A stretch of DNA of 64,000 nt from an uncultured Eubacteriales bacterium (GTDB lineage Bacteria > Bacillota > Clostridia > Oscillospirales > Oscillospiraceae), in NCBI GenBank assembly GCA_942492735.1, contig OW818648.1, positions 2,245,591 to 2,309,590 of the forward strand, written 5' to 3'. Each line of letters begins with the position of its first letter. Positions within the stretch are counted from its first letter, which is position 1. Positions 18,701 to 25,969 of this stretch are shown here, one piece after another. The notes under the pieces are model-generated. The model was not told the DNA's origin. It saw only the letters and a list, made by a program, of their open reading frames with translations, and made no database searches. A program made the translations under genes and the position numbers.

Positions 18701-21694
18701 ATCACCGAAGTCCAGATCGACGCTTGCGCCCGTTTCGCCGCTGACGGTGATTGTTTGAGAGGGCGTCTTTGTAACGCCGTCATTATTGAGGTTTCCAATA
18801 TCCGAACTCATAGTAAGCGTCGGCGCAATGGGGTCGGTACTGTCCTGAGTAATTGTAACGCTTGCAGGTGCGCTATCATTGCCAACAGCATCCGATGCTA
18901 TAACAACAAGCGTATTTAAAGCATTCTGATTCAGATTCACACTTATGGAATAGCTGCCCCCGGTAGCAGTTCCGGTTGCTGTTACATTGCCGCCGGTAAT
19001 AGTAATCGTCGCTCCAACGTCTGCCGTGCCGTTGATTATAATATTGTCTGCGTTGATAGTTTGATTTCCTGTTGTAATAATCGTTAGCGTCGGATTTATG
19101 TTGTCCACCGTCGCGTTGGTCGTATCTGCTGCTGTTCTTGTATTACCCGCATTGTCCCTTGCTGTCACAGCAACATTTATGTTCGTAGCGTCAACGGTTC
19201 CAGCTGTTATCGTATAGGTCGCGGTCCATGTTCCGCCAGAATTTGTCGCAGCAACGGCGGCTCCTCCGCCGAATGCGCTGAAATCGACGTTTACACCCGA
19301 TATCGTGTCAGCGTTGTTGTCGCCGCCTGCGGTGTTGTTCCACGTTGCCGTCACGGTGTCGCCTATTTTATACGCACCGCCCGTTCCGCTTGCTCCGCTG
19401 ATAGAAATGCGCGCGTCTGTCACCGTGGGTGCAACGTTGTCCACTGTCGCATTCGTCGTATCGGCTCTTGTTGTGCTGTTGTCCGCATTGTCTTTGGCAG
19501 TTGCCGATACATTTTTATTCGTGCCGTCGATAGCTCCCGCGACTATTGTATATGTAGCAGTCCATGTCCCAGCTGAATTTGTCGCAGCAACGGCGGCTCC
19601 TCCGCCGAATGCGCTAAAGTCAACGGTTACCACCGAAATCGTATCACTGTTATTATCGCCGCCCGCGGTATTGTTCCACGTTGCCGTAACGGTGTCGCCG
19701 ATTTTATACGCTCCGCCCGTTCCGCTTGCTCCGCTGATTGAAATGTTACCGTCCGTCACCGTGGGCGCTACGCTGTCCACTGCCGCGTTCGTCGTATCGG
19801 CTGTTGTTGTGCTGTTGCCCGCATTGTCAGTTGCGGTTACCGAGACATTTCTATTCGTGGTGTCGAGGGCTCCCGCGACTATCGTATATGTAGCAGTCCA
19901 TGTCCCGGCTGAATTTGTCGCAACTACTGTGGCTCCTCCGCCGAACTGACTGAAATCAACGGTTACGCCTGATATCGTATCGCTGTTATTATCGCCGCCT
20001 GCGGTATTGTTCCACGTCGCCGTAACGGTGTCGCCGATTTTATGCGCTCCGCCCGTTCCGGTTCCGCCGCTGATGGAAATGCGCGCGGCTGTCACCGTCG
20101 GAGCGACGTTGTCCAACGTCGCATTCGTTGTATCGGCTGTTGTGGCAGCATTGCCCGCGTTGTCAGTTGCGGTTACCGAGACATTTCTATTCGTGGTGTC
20201 GAGGACTCCCGCGACTATCGTATATGTAGCGGTCCATGTCCCTGCTGAATTTGACGCAGCTACGGCGGCTCCTCCGCCGAACTGACTGAAGTTAACGGTT
20301 ACGCCGGAAATCGTATCGCTATTATTATCGCCGCCTGCGGTGTTGTTCCACGTTGCCGTCACCGTATCGCCGATTTTATACGCTCCGCCAGTGCCGCTTG
20401 CTCCGCTGATAGAAATGCGCGCGTCTGTCACCGTCGGCGCAACGTTGTCCACTGTCGCATTCGTCGTGTCGGCTTTTGTAGTGCTGGTCCCCGCATTGTC
20501 CGTGGCAGTTACCGATACATTTTTATTCGTGCCGTCGATATCCCCCGCAACTATCGGATATGTAGCAGTCCATGTCTCGGAATTATTTGTTGCAACTACA
20601 GAAGCACCGCCCCCGAATTGACTGAAATCTACAGTCACGCCTGTAATTGTAGCGCTATTATTGTCTCCAGCTGCGGTGTTGTTCCACGTTGCCGTCACCG
20701 TGTCGCCTATTTTAAACGCTCCGCCAGTGCCGCTTGCTCCGGCGATGGAAATACGCGCGTCTGTGACCGTCGGCGCGGCATTGCTGACTGTAATTCCGTT
20801 GCCGGTCAAGTCGGCAATAATGAGCGAGGCAGTGGTATTCGTATCCCAATCTTCCGCCGCGGCGAGATTATATGTAGTTCCGCCCGTTGAGCTTGTGCCG
20901 TTTTTATTCATTATCTGATTGACGGCGGCCTTGTCGAACGCGTTGAGCGTCACCGAAAAGTTGGTTGCACTGGTGGCAAACACATTACCAGAGGTAAGCG
21001 TGCACGTACTTCCACCCTCTCCGGTCAGCGTCAGTTTGTTGACAGCAATAGTGTCGCCAGTTGTCATGCCGCTGCCTGTTACTGCTAAAACGCCAGTGTT
21101 TGCATCATATGTTGCGCTCGTGATAAAGGGGGCGGCTTTTACGTCATCGATCTCAAGATCTTGAAAAACGACATACGAATCAGAAGTAAAGGTGACACTG
21201 GTAACATCGTTAAACGACGTCAGACCGGACTTCGTGATTAAGGTTTCATTCGCCGCGGTATATGGGATGCTGGTAACCATTCCGTTATAGTATACGGATA
21301 TCGTATAGCTGGGTTCTGCTGCATAATGATTTCCAGCAAACTTAAATCCGGTCAGATCAAAGGTATGCCCCGCTGCAACAGACACGGTAAAATCGACCCC
21401 GTTGTTTGCGTTGCGTGTTGAGCTAGCGTATATACCGGTTAAGGTAGTATTCGCATCGATGCTAAACCAGTTAGGAGTATATGCTGTTGAACCGTTAGCA
21501 AATGTAAATGTCTTGCCTTCGATGGGTCGTACAAAGCTGCCGCTTGCGGCATTAATGTCTTCGGGCGAATCATCTATAAATGTCACTGTCGTGACAATCG
21601 CCCTTGCCGGCAGCGTCAGCGCGGGCAAAAGGCAAATCACCAGCGCCAGAGCCATAAAAGTCGAGATTAGCTTTCGTGCAATTTTGGTTTTCAT
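15746..21694 (-). CDS. Giant S-layer-homology-anchored surface protein or adhesin (1983 aa): signal peptide, six tandem Ig-like repeats, cadherin-like and Ig-like domains, three C-terminal SLH domains
   Basis: The in-frame ATG at 21694 has a perfect AAGGAG ribosome-binding site and gives MKTKIARKL… plus a hydrophobic signal. There are six ~111-aa repeats (VAPTVTDARISISGASGTGGAYKIGDTVTATWNN…) and VNDTPTV/VNEAP cadherin-like linkers. Three SLH motifs follow (FTDV…NWA…, FDDV…, YTDG…). The longer track ORF that extends to 21916 overlaps the PadR gene. Confidence 0.85.
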   Translation of the reverse strand: MKTKIARKLISTFMALALVICLLPALTLPARAIVTTVTFIDDSPEDINAASGSFVRPIEGKTFTFANGSTAYTPNWFSIDANTTLTGIYASSTRNANNGVDFTVSVAAGHTFDLTGFKFAGNHYAAEPSYTISVYYNGMVTSIPYTAANETLITKSGLTSFNDVTSVTFTSDSYVVFQDLEIDDVKAAPFITSATYDANTGVLAVTGSGMTTGDTIAVNKLTLTGEGGSTCTLTSGNVFATSATNFSVTLNAFDKAAVNQIMNKNGTSSTGGTTYNLAAAEDWDTNTTASLIIADLTGNGITVSNAAPTVTDARISIAGASGTGGAFKIGDTVTATWNNTAAGDNNSATITGVTVDFSQFGGGASVVATNNSETWTATYPIVAGDIDGTNKNVSVTATDNAGTSTTKADTTNATVDNVAPTVTDARISISGASGTGGAYKIGDTVTATWNNTAGGDNNSDTISGVTVNFSQFGGGAAVAASNSAGTWTATYTIVAGVLDTTNRNVSVTATDNAGNAATTADTTNATLDNVAPTVTAARISISGGTGTGGAHKIGDTVTATWNNTAGGDNNSDTISGVTVDFSQFGGGATVVATNSAGTWTATYTIVAGALDTTNRNVSVTATDNAGNSTTTADTTNAAVDSVAPTVTDGNISISGASGTGGAYKIGDTVTATWNNTAGGDNNSDTISVVTVDFSAFGGGAAVAATNSAGTWTATYTIVAGAIDGTNKNVSATAKDNADNSTTRADTTNATVDNVAPTVTDARISISGASGTGGAYKIGDTVTATWNNTAGGDNNADTISGVNVDFSAFGGGAAVAATNSGGTWTATYTITAGTVDATNINVAVTARDNAGNTRTAADTTNATVDNINPTLTIITTGNQTINADNIIINGTADVGATITITGGNVTATGTATGGSYSISVNLNQNALNTLVVIASDAVGNDSAPASVTITQDSTDPIAPTLTMSSDIGNLNNDGVTKTPSQTITVSGETGASVDLDFGDGTAHATGTIAAGTFTAPAHTYAAGRYTISATLTDTAVNVSAAGTKLVVIDTTAPSVTTPSTLTISTTAATNGATVGALTATDATTISGFTDSLRWQLIGGADMSKFTISGANLLINNAGGLSAGSYAVLVYVDDTAGNSNALLITVKVVSGPTVNPASHSYNDTAANDTFPSVMGTIDATANSGSITGYGINGGTLGDTVIDSVTYNVSKASIYGTLYVKSNGSYVYVPTSNAILNEQTAAVPDIFTIEATDSAGTTGNTLTITINGVNDTPTVTAHTFTTNEDTVLNDSLTSYASDAEGNTLSYVLWTGPSHGSLSFNANGTFTYIATADYSGNDGFTWKAYDGTVNSAAITATITITAVNEAPSITSGDPASFAENGTGTVYTATRTDPDAGDTVTWSLDGADKTLFSIDSDGKVTFNAVPNYEDKKDIGADNVYNILVVAKDGGNLTASKDLAITVTNVNEAPAISTSVAISVIEGSTAAFTPAASDPEGSAITWSISGGDDAAKFSIVAGVVTFGTAPSYGTPTDTNTNNSYVLEITAYDGTMTAAKTVTVTVTPQVVYDSTPSGSAVVEVNGVRQDAGTASTTTSGGQTTTTITVDDTKLDKLLESSGEKPTVTLPGIMGSDVVVGELNGQTIKNMETKEATLEIKTETVTYTLPASQINIDAVSALLGSQVELKDINVSVKIAEPPADTVKIIEDTANQGGYQIVVKPVEFEITCTSGDKTISISKFNGYVERTIAIPDGVDPSKITTGIVLNADGTFRHVPTQIVVIDGKYYAKINSLTNSTYSVIWNPVTFTDVTDNWAKTAINDMGSRMVVAGIGDGIFEPDRSITRAEFAAIIVRALGLAKGTAESSFDDVTLTDWFNGDVDTAAAYALISGYDSTSYGPNDLITREQAMTIIANAMKLAGLRISLTDSEVSALLLKYTDGADVSSYARQSAAACLEAGITTGTSATTLSPKDYVTRAEVAVMVQHLLQKSGLI
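19100..20790. repeat. Five to six tandem copies of a ~333-bp coding repeat inside the adhesin gene (near-identical at the DNA level)
   Basis: Near-identical strings recur at a 333-bp period (for example ccgcccgttccgcttgctccgctgat, gtccactgtcgcattcgtcgta). The antisense ORFs 19305..19949, 20007..20285 and 20340..20621 are artefacts of this periodicity. Confidence 0.8.
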
Positions 21695-21734
21695 TTTTTT
21701 GCTCCTTATTCTTGTTTTCGGGGCTGCTGTCATC

Positions 21735-22292
21735 TTATTTTGCGGTAATTTCCGCCTTGATTTCTTCCATAAGCATTGCGTACTCGCGGCATTTGACGAG
21801 TCCCCAGCGGTGGGCAAAAACGGCTGATTGTAGCCGTCTGTCGTCCCCGGACAAGCCAGTCTTTCCAGTGAAATTATCGTAGTTTTCGCTGTAGTTGCCA
21901 ATAAGGCGATTTTCAAACGCCTTTATGTTGCGAAGCTGCGTGTCAATCAGACGCAGCTGCTCTTTCTTGGGCAGCGCGCCCGAGAAAAACAGCTGCATCA
22001 GAAACATGTCCCGTGAAATAAAGTCGTTCACGGAGTTTTTCGCGCCTGCAGTCAAGTAGGCCTCCCGCCCCTTGTCTGTGATAGCGTAAACCTTCCGGTC
22101 GACCGTTTCGCCTTTTTTAAGCTCCTTGAGCTCAACAAGCTCTTCCTTAACGAGTTTTTTCAGCGTTCTGTAAATCTGCGTCTGGTCCGCGGGCCAGAAG
22201 TATGAGGCCGACATGTCAAACAGCTTTTTGATATCGTAACCGGACAGAGGCTTCATGGACAAAAAGCCCATAATTCCATGCTCAAGCGACAA
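21735..22292 (-). CDS. PadR-family transcriptional regulator
   Basis: N-terminal winged-helix signature (HGYDIKKL…QIYRTLKKLVKEELV). It lies 40 nt upstream of the adhesin gene on the same strand. Confidence 0.8.
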   Translation of the reverse strand: MSLEHGIMGFLSMKPLSGYDIKKLFDMSASYFWPADQTQIYRTLKKLVKEELVELKELKKGETVDRKVYAITDKGREAYLTAGAKNSVNDFISRDMFLMQLFFSGALPKKEQLRLIDTQLRNIKAFENRLIGNYSENYDNFTGKTGLSGDDRRLQSAVFAHRWGLVKCREYAMLMEEIKAEITAK

Positions 22293-22504
22293 TCTTCACC
22301 CTCCTCGCCCAATATAGGACTTGTATTATTTTATATAATATGCGGAATGATGTCAAATGTTAGTTACATAACCAACTGAAAATACGGATTTGCCATAAAT
22401 GACTGAAACGCAAAATAAGAAAGGAGCACTTGACAAACAACGCCCAATATAGTAGCATTTCCGCTAAAGAGGAAAAAATTCGCTATAGTATTGTGGAGGC
22501 GCGA

Positions 22505-23053
22505 ATGATTACTGCAAGTGAAACTATAAGCAGAAATATAAAAAGAGTTCGGCAGGAAAGAAATCTTACATTGGATGATTTGGCAAGATTAGCTGGTGTC
22601 AGCAAAAGTATGATCAGTGACATTGAACGCTGCACAAAAAGCCCCACGATATCCGTGCTTGAAAAAATTTGTGATGGGATTAATGTTCCGCTCGCTCAAC
22701 TCACACATACCCAAACACCTCAATTAGCTTTAGTTACCAATGATACCGTTAAACATTACTCTGCATGGGATGGATTTGAGTTATTTGTTTTATTTGAATT
22801 TGACCCAAACAAAAAGTTTGAAATATTTCGTCATGTCATTTCAGCCCATTCTGAACGCGTATCCGATTGCCATGACGCAGGTATCAGAGAATATATTATT
22901 TGTACAAAGGGAATTTTCAGCATACAAGTTGGAGACGAAACGTTTTGTTTGCAAGAAGGTGAAGCAATACAGTTTCTTGCAAATTATAAGCATAGATATT
23001 TGAATACAACAAATGAAGATGTAAATATCGTTATGCTGCTATATCATGAATAG
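22505..23053 (+). CDS. XRE-family HTH regulator with a C-terminal cupin sensor domain
   Basis: HTH_3 motif (RNIKRVRQERNLTLDDLARLAGVSKSMISDIER) plus a C-terminal cupin. I placed the start at the ATG at 22505, which has a GGAGG ribosome-binding site; the track ORF begins at a TTG at 22430. Confidence 0.75.
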   Translation: MITASETISRNIKRVRQERNLTLDDLARLAGVSKSMISDIERCTKSPTISVLEKICDGINVPLAQLTHTQTPQLALVTNDTVKHYSAWDGFELFVLFEFDPNKKFEIFRHVISAHSERVSDCHDAGIREYIICTKGIFSIQVGDETFCLQEGEAIQFLANYKHRYLNTTNEDVNIVMLLYHE

Positions 23054-23735
23054 AAAGACGAAATTGACGATGAATAACTATTTGAAAAGAACAGTTAGGT
23101 TGATATTTGGATTGTTCTTGTATGCACTCGGCATTTTTCTTAGCATACAGGCGAACATAGGCTTAGCCCCTTGGGAAGCATTCAGTATGGGTGGGTCTTA
23201 TTTGACAAAATTATCATATGGCAATATCGTTGTTATTACCGGCTTTATCATCATCGTTATTGACTATGTGTTGAAAGAAAAAATTGGTTTCGGTACAATT
23301 CTCAATGCGATACTGATAGGAGTGTTTGTGGATCTGATCCGATTTATCAATATTGTTCCCACGATGTCCAATTATTGGCTTGGTTTACTCATGCTCTTGC
23401 TCGGACAAGTTGTTATCTGTATTGCAAGTTATTTTTACATTGGCGCAGCCCTCGGGTGTGGCCCGCGTGATGCACTTATGGTTGCGCTGGGAAAGCGAAT
23501 GCCAAAAGTACCCATAGGAGCAATACGAGGCTTAATAGAAGGTACCGTTCTTTTTGTTGGATGGATTTTAGGAGCAAAGGTTGGCATAGGGACAATAATA
23601 TCAGTATTTGGCATAGGACTTATTTGGCAAATCACTTTCAAATTAATACGCTTTGATGTAAAAAATATTAAGCATGAGAGTGTAGCTGATACAGTTAAAA
23701 TATTTCATCGACGCATAAATGCTCGTTTTGAATAA
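23046..23735 (+). CDS. YczE/YitT-like small integral membrane protein
   Basis: Six predicted transmembrane helices. The N-terminal region (LIFGLFLYALGIFLSIQANIGLAPWEAF) resembles YczE-family proteins. It overlaps the XRE gene by 8 nt. Confidence 0.5.
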   Translation: MNRKTKLTMNNYLKRTVRLIFGLFLYALGIFLSIQANIGLAPWEAFSMGGSYLTKLSYGNIVVITGFIIIVIDYVLKEKIGFGTILNAILIGVFVDLIRFINIVPTMSNYWLGLLMLLLGQVVICIASYFYIGAALGCGPRDALMVALGKRMPKVPIGAIRGLIEGTVLFVGWILGAKVGIGTIISVFGIGLIWQITFKLIRFDVKNIKHESVADTVKIFHRRINARFE

Positions 23736-23742
23736 ATAAATT

Positions 23743-23784
23743 AAAAGAGGCTCAACGCTTTTGTATCGCGTTGAGCCTCTTTTA
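23743..23784. terminator. Bidirectional intrinsic terminator
   Basis: aaaagaggctcaacgc…gcgttgagcctctttt: a perfect 13-bp stem flanked by an A-run and a T-run. It sits between the convergent YczE-like and rpsI genes. Confidence 0.7.
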
Positions 23785-23810
23785 ATATTGTTGCAATAAT
23801 AGCTTGCAGA

Positions 23811-24215
23811 TTATCTCTTGGAGAACTGGGGCGCTCTGCGGGCGGCTTTGAGGCCGTATTTCTTGCGCTCTTTCATTCTCGGGTCACGGGTGAGGAAACC
23901 GGCGGCTTTGAGTGCGGGGCGGAAGGTTTCGTCGACCTGAAGAAGGGCGCGGGCGATGCCGTGGCGGATCGCGCCGGCTTGACCGGTTACGCCGCCGCCG
24001 ACGACTTTGGCTTCAATATCGTATTTACCGGCTGTGCCTGTCGTGTTGAAAGGCTGACGGACAAGGAGCTTCAATGTGGCGAGACCAAAGTAATCGTCCA
24101 TATCGCGTCCGTTGATTGTAACGGTGCCTGTTCCGGCGGGAAAGAGATGGACTCTGGCAACGGAGGACTTTCTCCTGCCCGTACCATAGACATAGGGCTT
24201 TTTGCTTGTATACAT
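23811..24215 (-). CDS. rpsI: 30S ribosomal protein S9
   Basis: [10 protein letters not shown]… N-terminal region and the conserved …[10 protein letters not shown]-terminus. Confidence 0.9.
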   Translation of the reverse strand: MYTSKKPYVYGTGRRKSSVARVHLFPAGTGTVTINGRDMDDYFGLATLKLLVRQPFNTTGTAGKYDIEAKVVGGGVTGQAGAIRHGIARALLQVDETFRPALKAAGFLTRDPRMKERKKYGLKAARRAPQFSKR

Positions 24216-24230
24216 TATTATTTTCCTCCC

Positions 24231-24662
24231 TTATTCCTGAGTCCAGGCTGTAGGCTTCTGCGCTTCATGCTTGTGGATGGCGCCTTTGAAGATGCGAAGG
24301 CGATTCTGAGCAAGACGATCTAAGTTGTTCTTGGCCATCATACCTTTAACAGCAAGCTGCATGGCGAGCTCAGGACGCTCGGCCATGATTTTCTTATACT
24401 GTACTTCTTTGAGTCCGCCAACCCAGCCGCTGTGGCGGCGATAGTACTTCTGCGTGAGCTTGTTGCCGGTCAAGACTGCCTGCTCAGCATTGATGATGAT
24501 GACGAAATCACCGCAGTCAACGTTCGGCGTGTAGATTGGCTTATGCTTGCCGCGGAGCAAAACAGCTGCCTGTGCTGCCGTACGGCCGAGTGGTCTGCCG
24601 GCTGCGTCAAGGATGTACCATTTGCGTATCATGGTCTCCTTTTTAGCAAGAGTAGTAGACAT
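24231..24662 (-). CDS. rplM: 50S ribosomal protein L13
   Basis: MSTTLAKKETMIRKWYILDAAGRPLGR…: a full-length L13 of 143 aa starting at the ATG at 24662. Confidence 0.9.
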   Translation of the reverse strand: MSTTLAKKETMIRKWYILDAAGRPLGRTAAQAAVLLRGKHKPIYTPNVDCGDFVIIINAEQAVLTGNKLTQKYYRRHSGWVGGLKEVQYKKIMAERPELAMQLAVKGMMAKNNLDRLAQNRLRIFKGAIHKHEAQKPTAWTQE

Positions 24663-24895
24663 AATATATCCCCCATATGAAATTATTGATACAAATAAGT
24701 TTTGACAAAGATATTGCAAACACGTAAAATACGTGCAAACAGTGCCTTATTTTTATAACATAACGAATTATCAAAGTCAATAGCAGTTTATGTTTATTTT
24801 AATTTATCATTTGATGATCTTCTGATATCTCTATTTTACGCCGATTATCTCGAATTTGCTCAAAACCTATTTTACTTTTTATTATGACCTGAAAG

Positions 24896-25072
24896 ACAGA
24901 AAAGTACTGCAATGAGGAGTATAGCGTGACAAATGCTTTTCACGCGCGGGAGAAATCAATTTGCCCGCCAAAAAAGCGGCGGCTATTTTCGAAGCGGATT
25001 GTATCCACTTGAAAACGCATCGGTTTTTACTATTTATTTGTGCTGCCGCTTTGCGGCGGAATGGAGATTTAT
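24896..25072 (+). promoter_or_regulatory. Conserved ~175-nt leader element, copy A. It contains three GC hairpins, a TTGAAA-N16-TATTTA promoter-like pair, and the ribosome-binding site and start of the downstream gene.
   Basis: It is clearly similar (identity estimated by eye at about 80%, not computed) to 28965..29137: shared blocks include atagcgtga.aaatgcttttc.cgc.cgg.agaaa, ccgccaaaaa.cgg.ggcgg, aagcggattgtatcc.cttgaaaac and ttatttgtgc.gccgctt.gcggcggaatgg.g. Confidence 0.6.
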
Positions 25073-25810
25073 ATGAATAAATTCACGGGGCTTGTACGGC
25101 GCTGCGTCGAGGATTACAAAATGATTGAAGACGGCGAAACGATTGCCGTTGGCGTTTCCGGCGGTAAGGATTCGGTGTCGCTGCTTTGCGCATTAGCGAA
25201 TCTCCGGCAGTATTATCCGAAAAAGTTCGAGCTTCAGGCCATAACCATATCAATGGGTTATGAGGAGATGGATTTTACGCCTGTACAGGAGTTGTGTGAG
25301 AGGCTGAATGTGCCGCTGACACTCCACGAGACGGGACTTGGTAAGCTCATCTTTGAAGATCGAAAGGAAAAAAATCCATGCGCGCTGTGCGCGAAAATGC
25401 GGCGCGGCGTGCTCAACGACCTTGCTCTCGGTATGGGGATCAAAAAGCTCGCCCTGGCGCATCATTATGACGATGCTGTTGAGACGTTTTTTTTGTCTCT
25501 TTTCTATGAGGGACGTATCAGCTGCTTCCAGCCGGTGACGTATATGAGCAGGGCAGGTGTGACGCAGATCCGACCGCTGCTGTATGTCGGCGAGGCGACT
25601 GTACGAAGCCTTGTTGCCCGGCATCATCTGCCGATTGTCGAAAATGTCTGTCCGATGAACGGTAAATCCAAGCGCGAGGAAGTCAAGACGCTTATAAAAA
25701 CCCTCAGCGCGCAATACCCCGATCTGAAAAGCAAAATATTCGGCGCGATGCAGCGTCTGCCGCTCGAAGGCTGGGAACCCGAGGAATACGCCAGGCGGCC
25801 GCTGCCGTAA
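25073..25810 (+). CDS. PP-loop ATP pyrophosphatase of the TtcA/TilS superfamily (tRNA thiolation-type enzyme)
   Basis: SGGKDS PP-loop motif and CALC/CxxC cysteine pairs typical of TtcA. The start at 25073 has a GGAG ribosome-binding site. Confidence 0.7.
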   Translation: MNKFTGLVRRCVEDYKMIEDGETIAVGVSGGKDSVSLLCALANLRQYYPKKFELQAITISMGYEEMDFTPVQELCERLNVPLTLHETGLGKLIFEDRKEKNPCALCAKMRRGVLNDLALGMGIKKLALAHHYDDAVETFFLSLFYEGRISCFQPVTYMSRAGVTQIRPLLYVGEATVRSLVARHHLPIVENVCPMNGKSKREEVKTLIKTLSAQYPDLKSKIFGAMQRLPLEGWEPEEYARRPLP

Positions 25811-25834
25811 AAAATGAATGCACTTGTTGCTAAG

Positions 25835-25936
25835 TGTCATTCTGAGGAGCAAAGCGACGAAGAATCTCCAGGTGATCGTATATCGGCGAAACGGCCGAGG
25901 ATCACCTGGAGATTCTTCACTTCGTTCAGAATGACA
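25835..25936. repeat. ~100-bp palindromic intergenic element (family 2, tgtcattctgagg…cagaatgaca)
   Basis: The arms tgtcattctgaggagcaaagcgacgaagaatctccaggtgatc and gatcacctggagattcttcacttcgttcagaatgaca are inverted copies. It lies between the convergent ttcA-like and rsgI genes. Confidence 0.7.
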
Positions 25937-25969
25937 AATCAGTTTTGCAACCGGTTTTCACACAAATTA

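Noticed and set aside
19100-20790. CRISPR-like regular repeats
   Set aside because: The period is 333 bp, there are no short spacers, and the region is entirely inside a coding gene. These are protein-domain repeats, not a CRISPR array.
19305-20918. Long plus-strand ORFs (214, 92, 93 and 85 aa) rich in Ala/Val/Pro
   Set aside because: They lie antisense to the adhesin tandem repeats and are periodic copies of each other. They are artefacts of the coding repeats.
24720-24745. CACGTA-AAA-TACGTG inverted repeat in the rplM upstream region, as a possible L13 leader or operator
   Set aside because: It is too short to distinguish from chance in AT-rich leader DNA, and I cannot recall the Rfam L13-leader consensus well enough to match it. 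I leave it for a cmsearch check.
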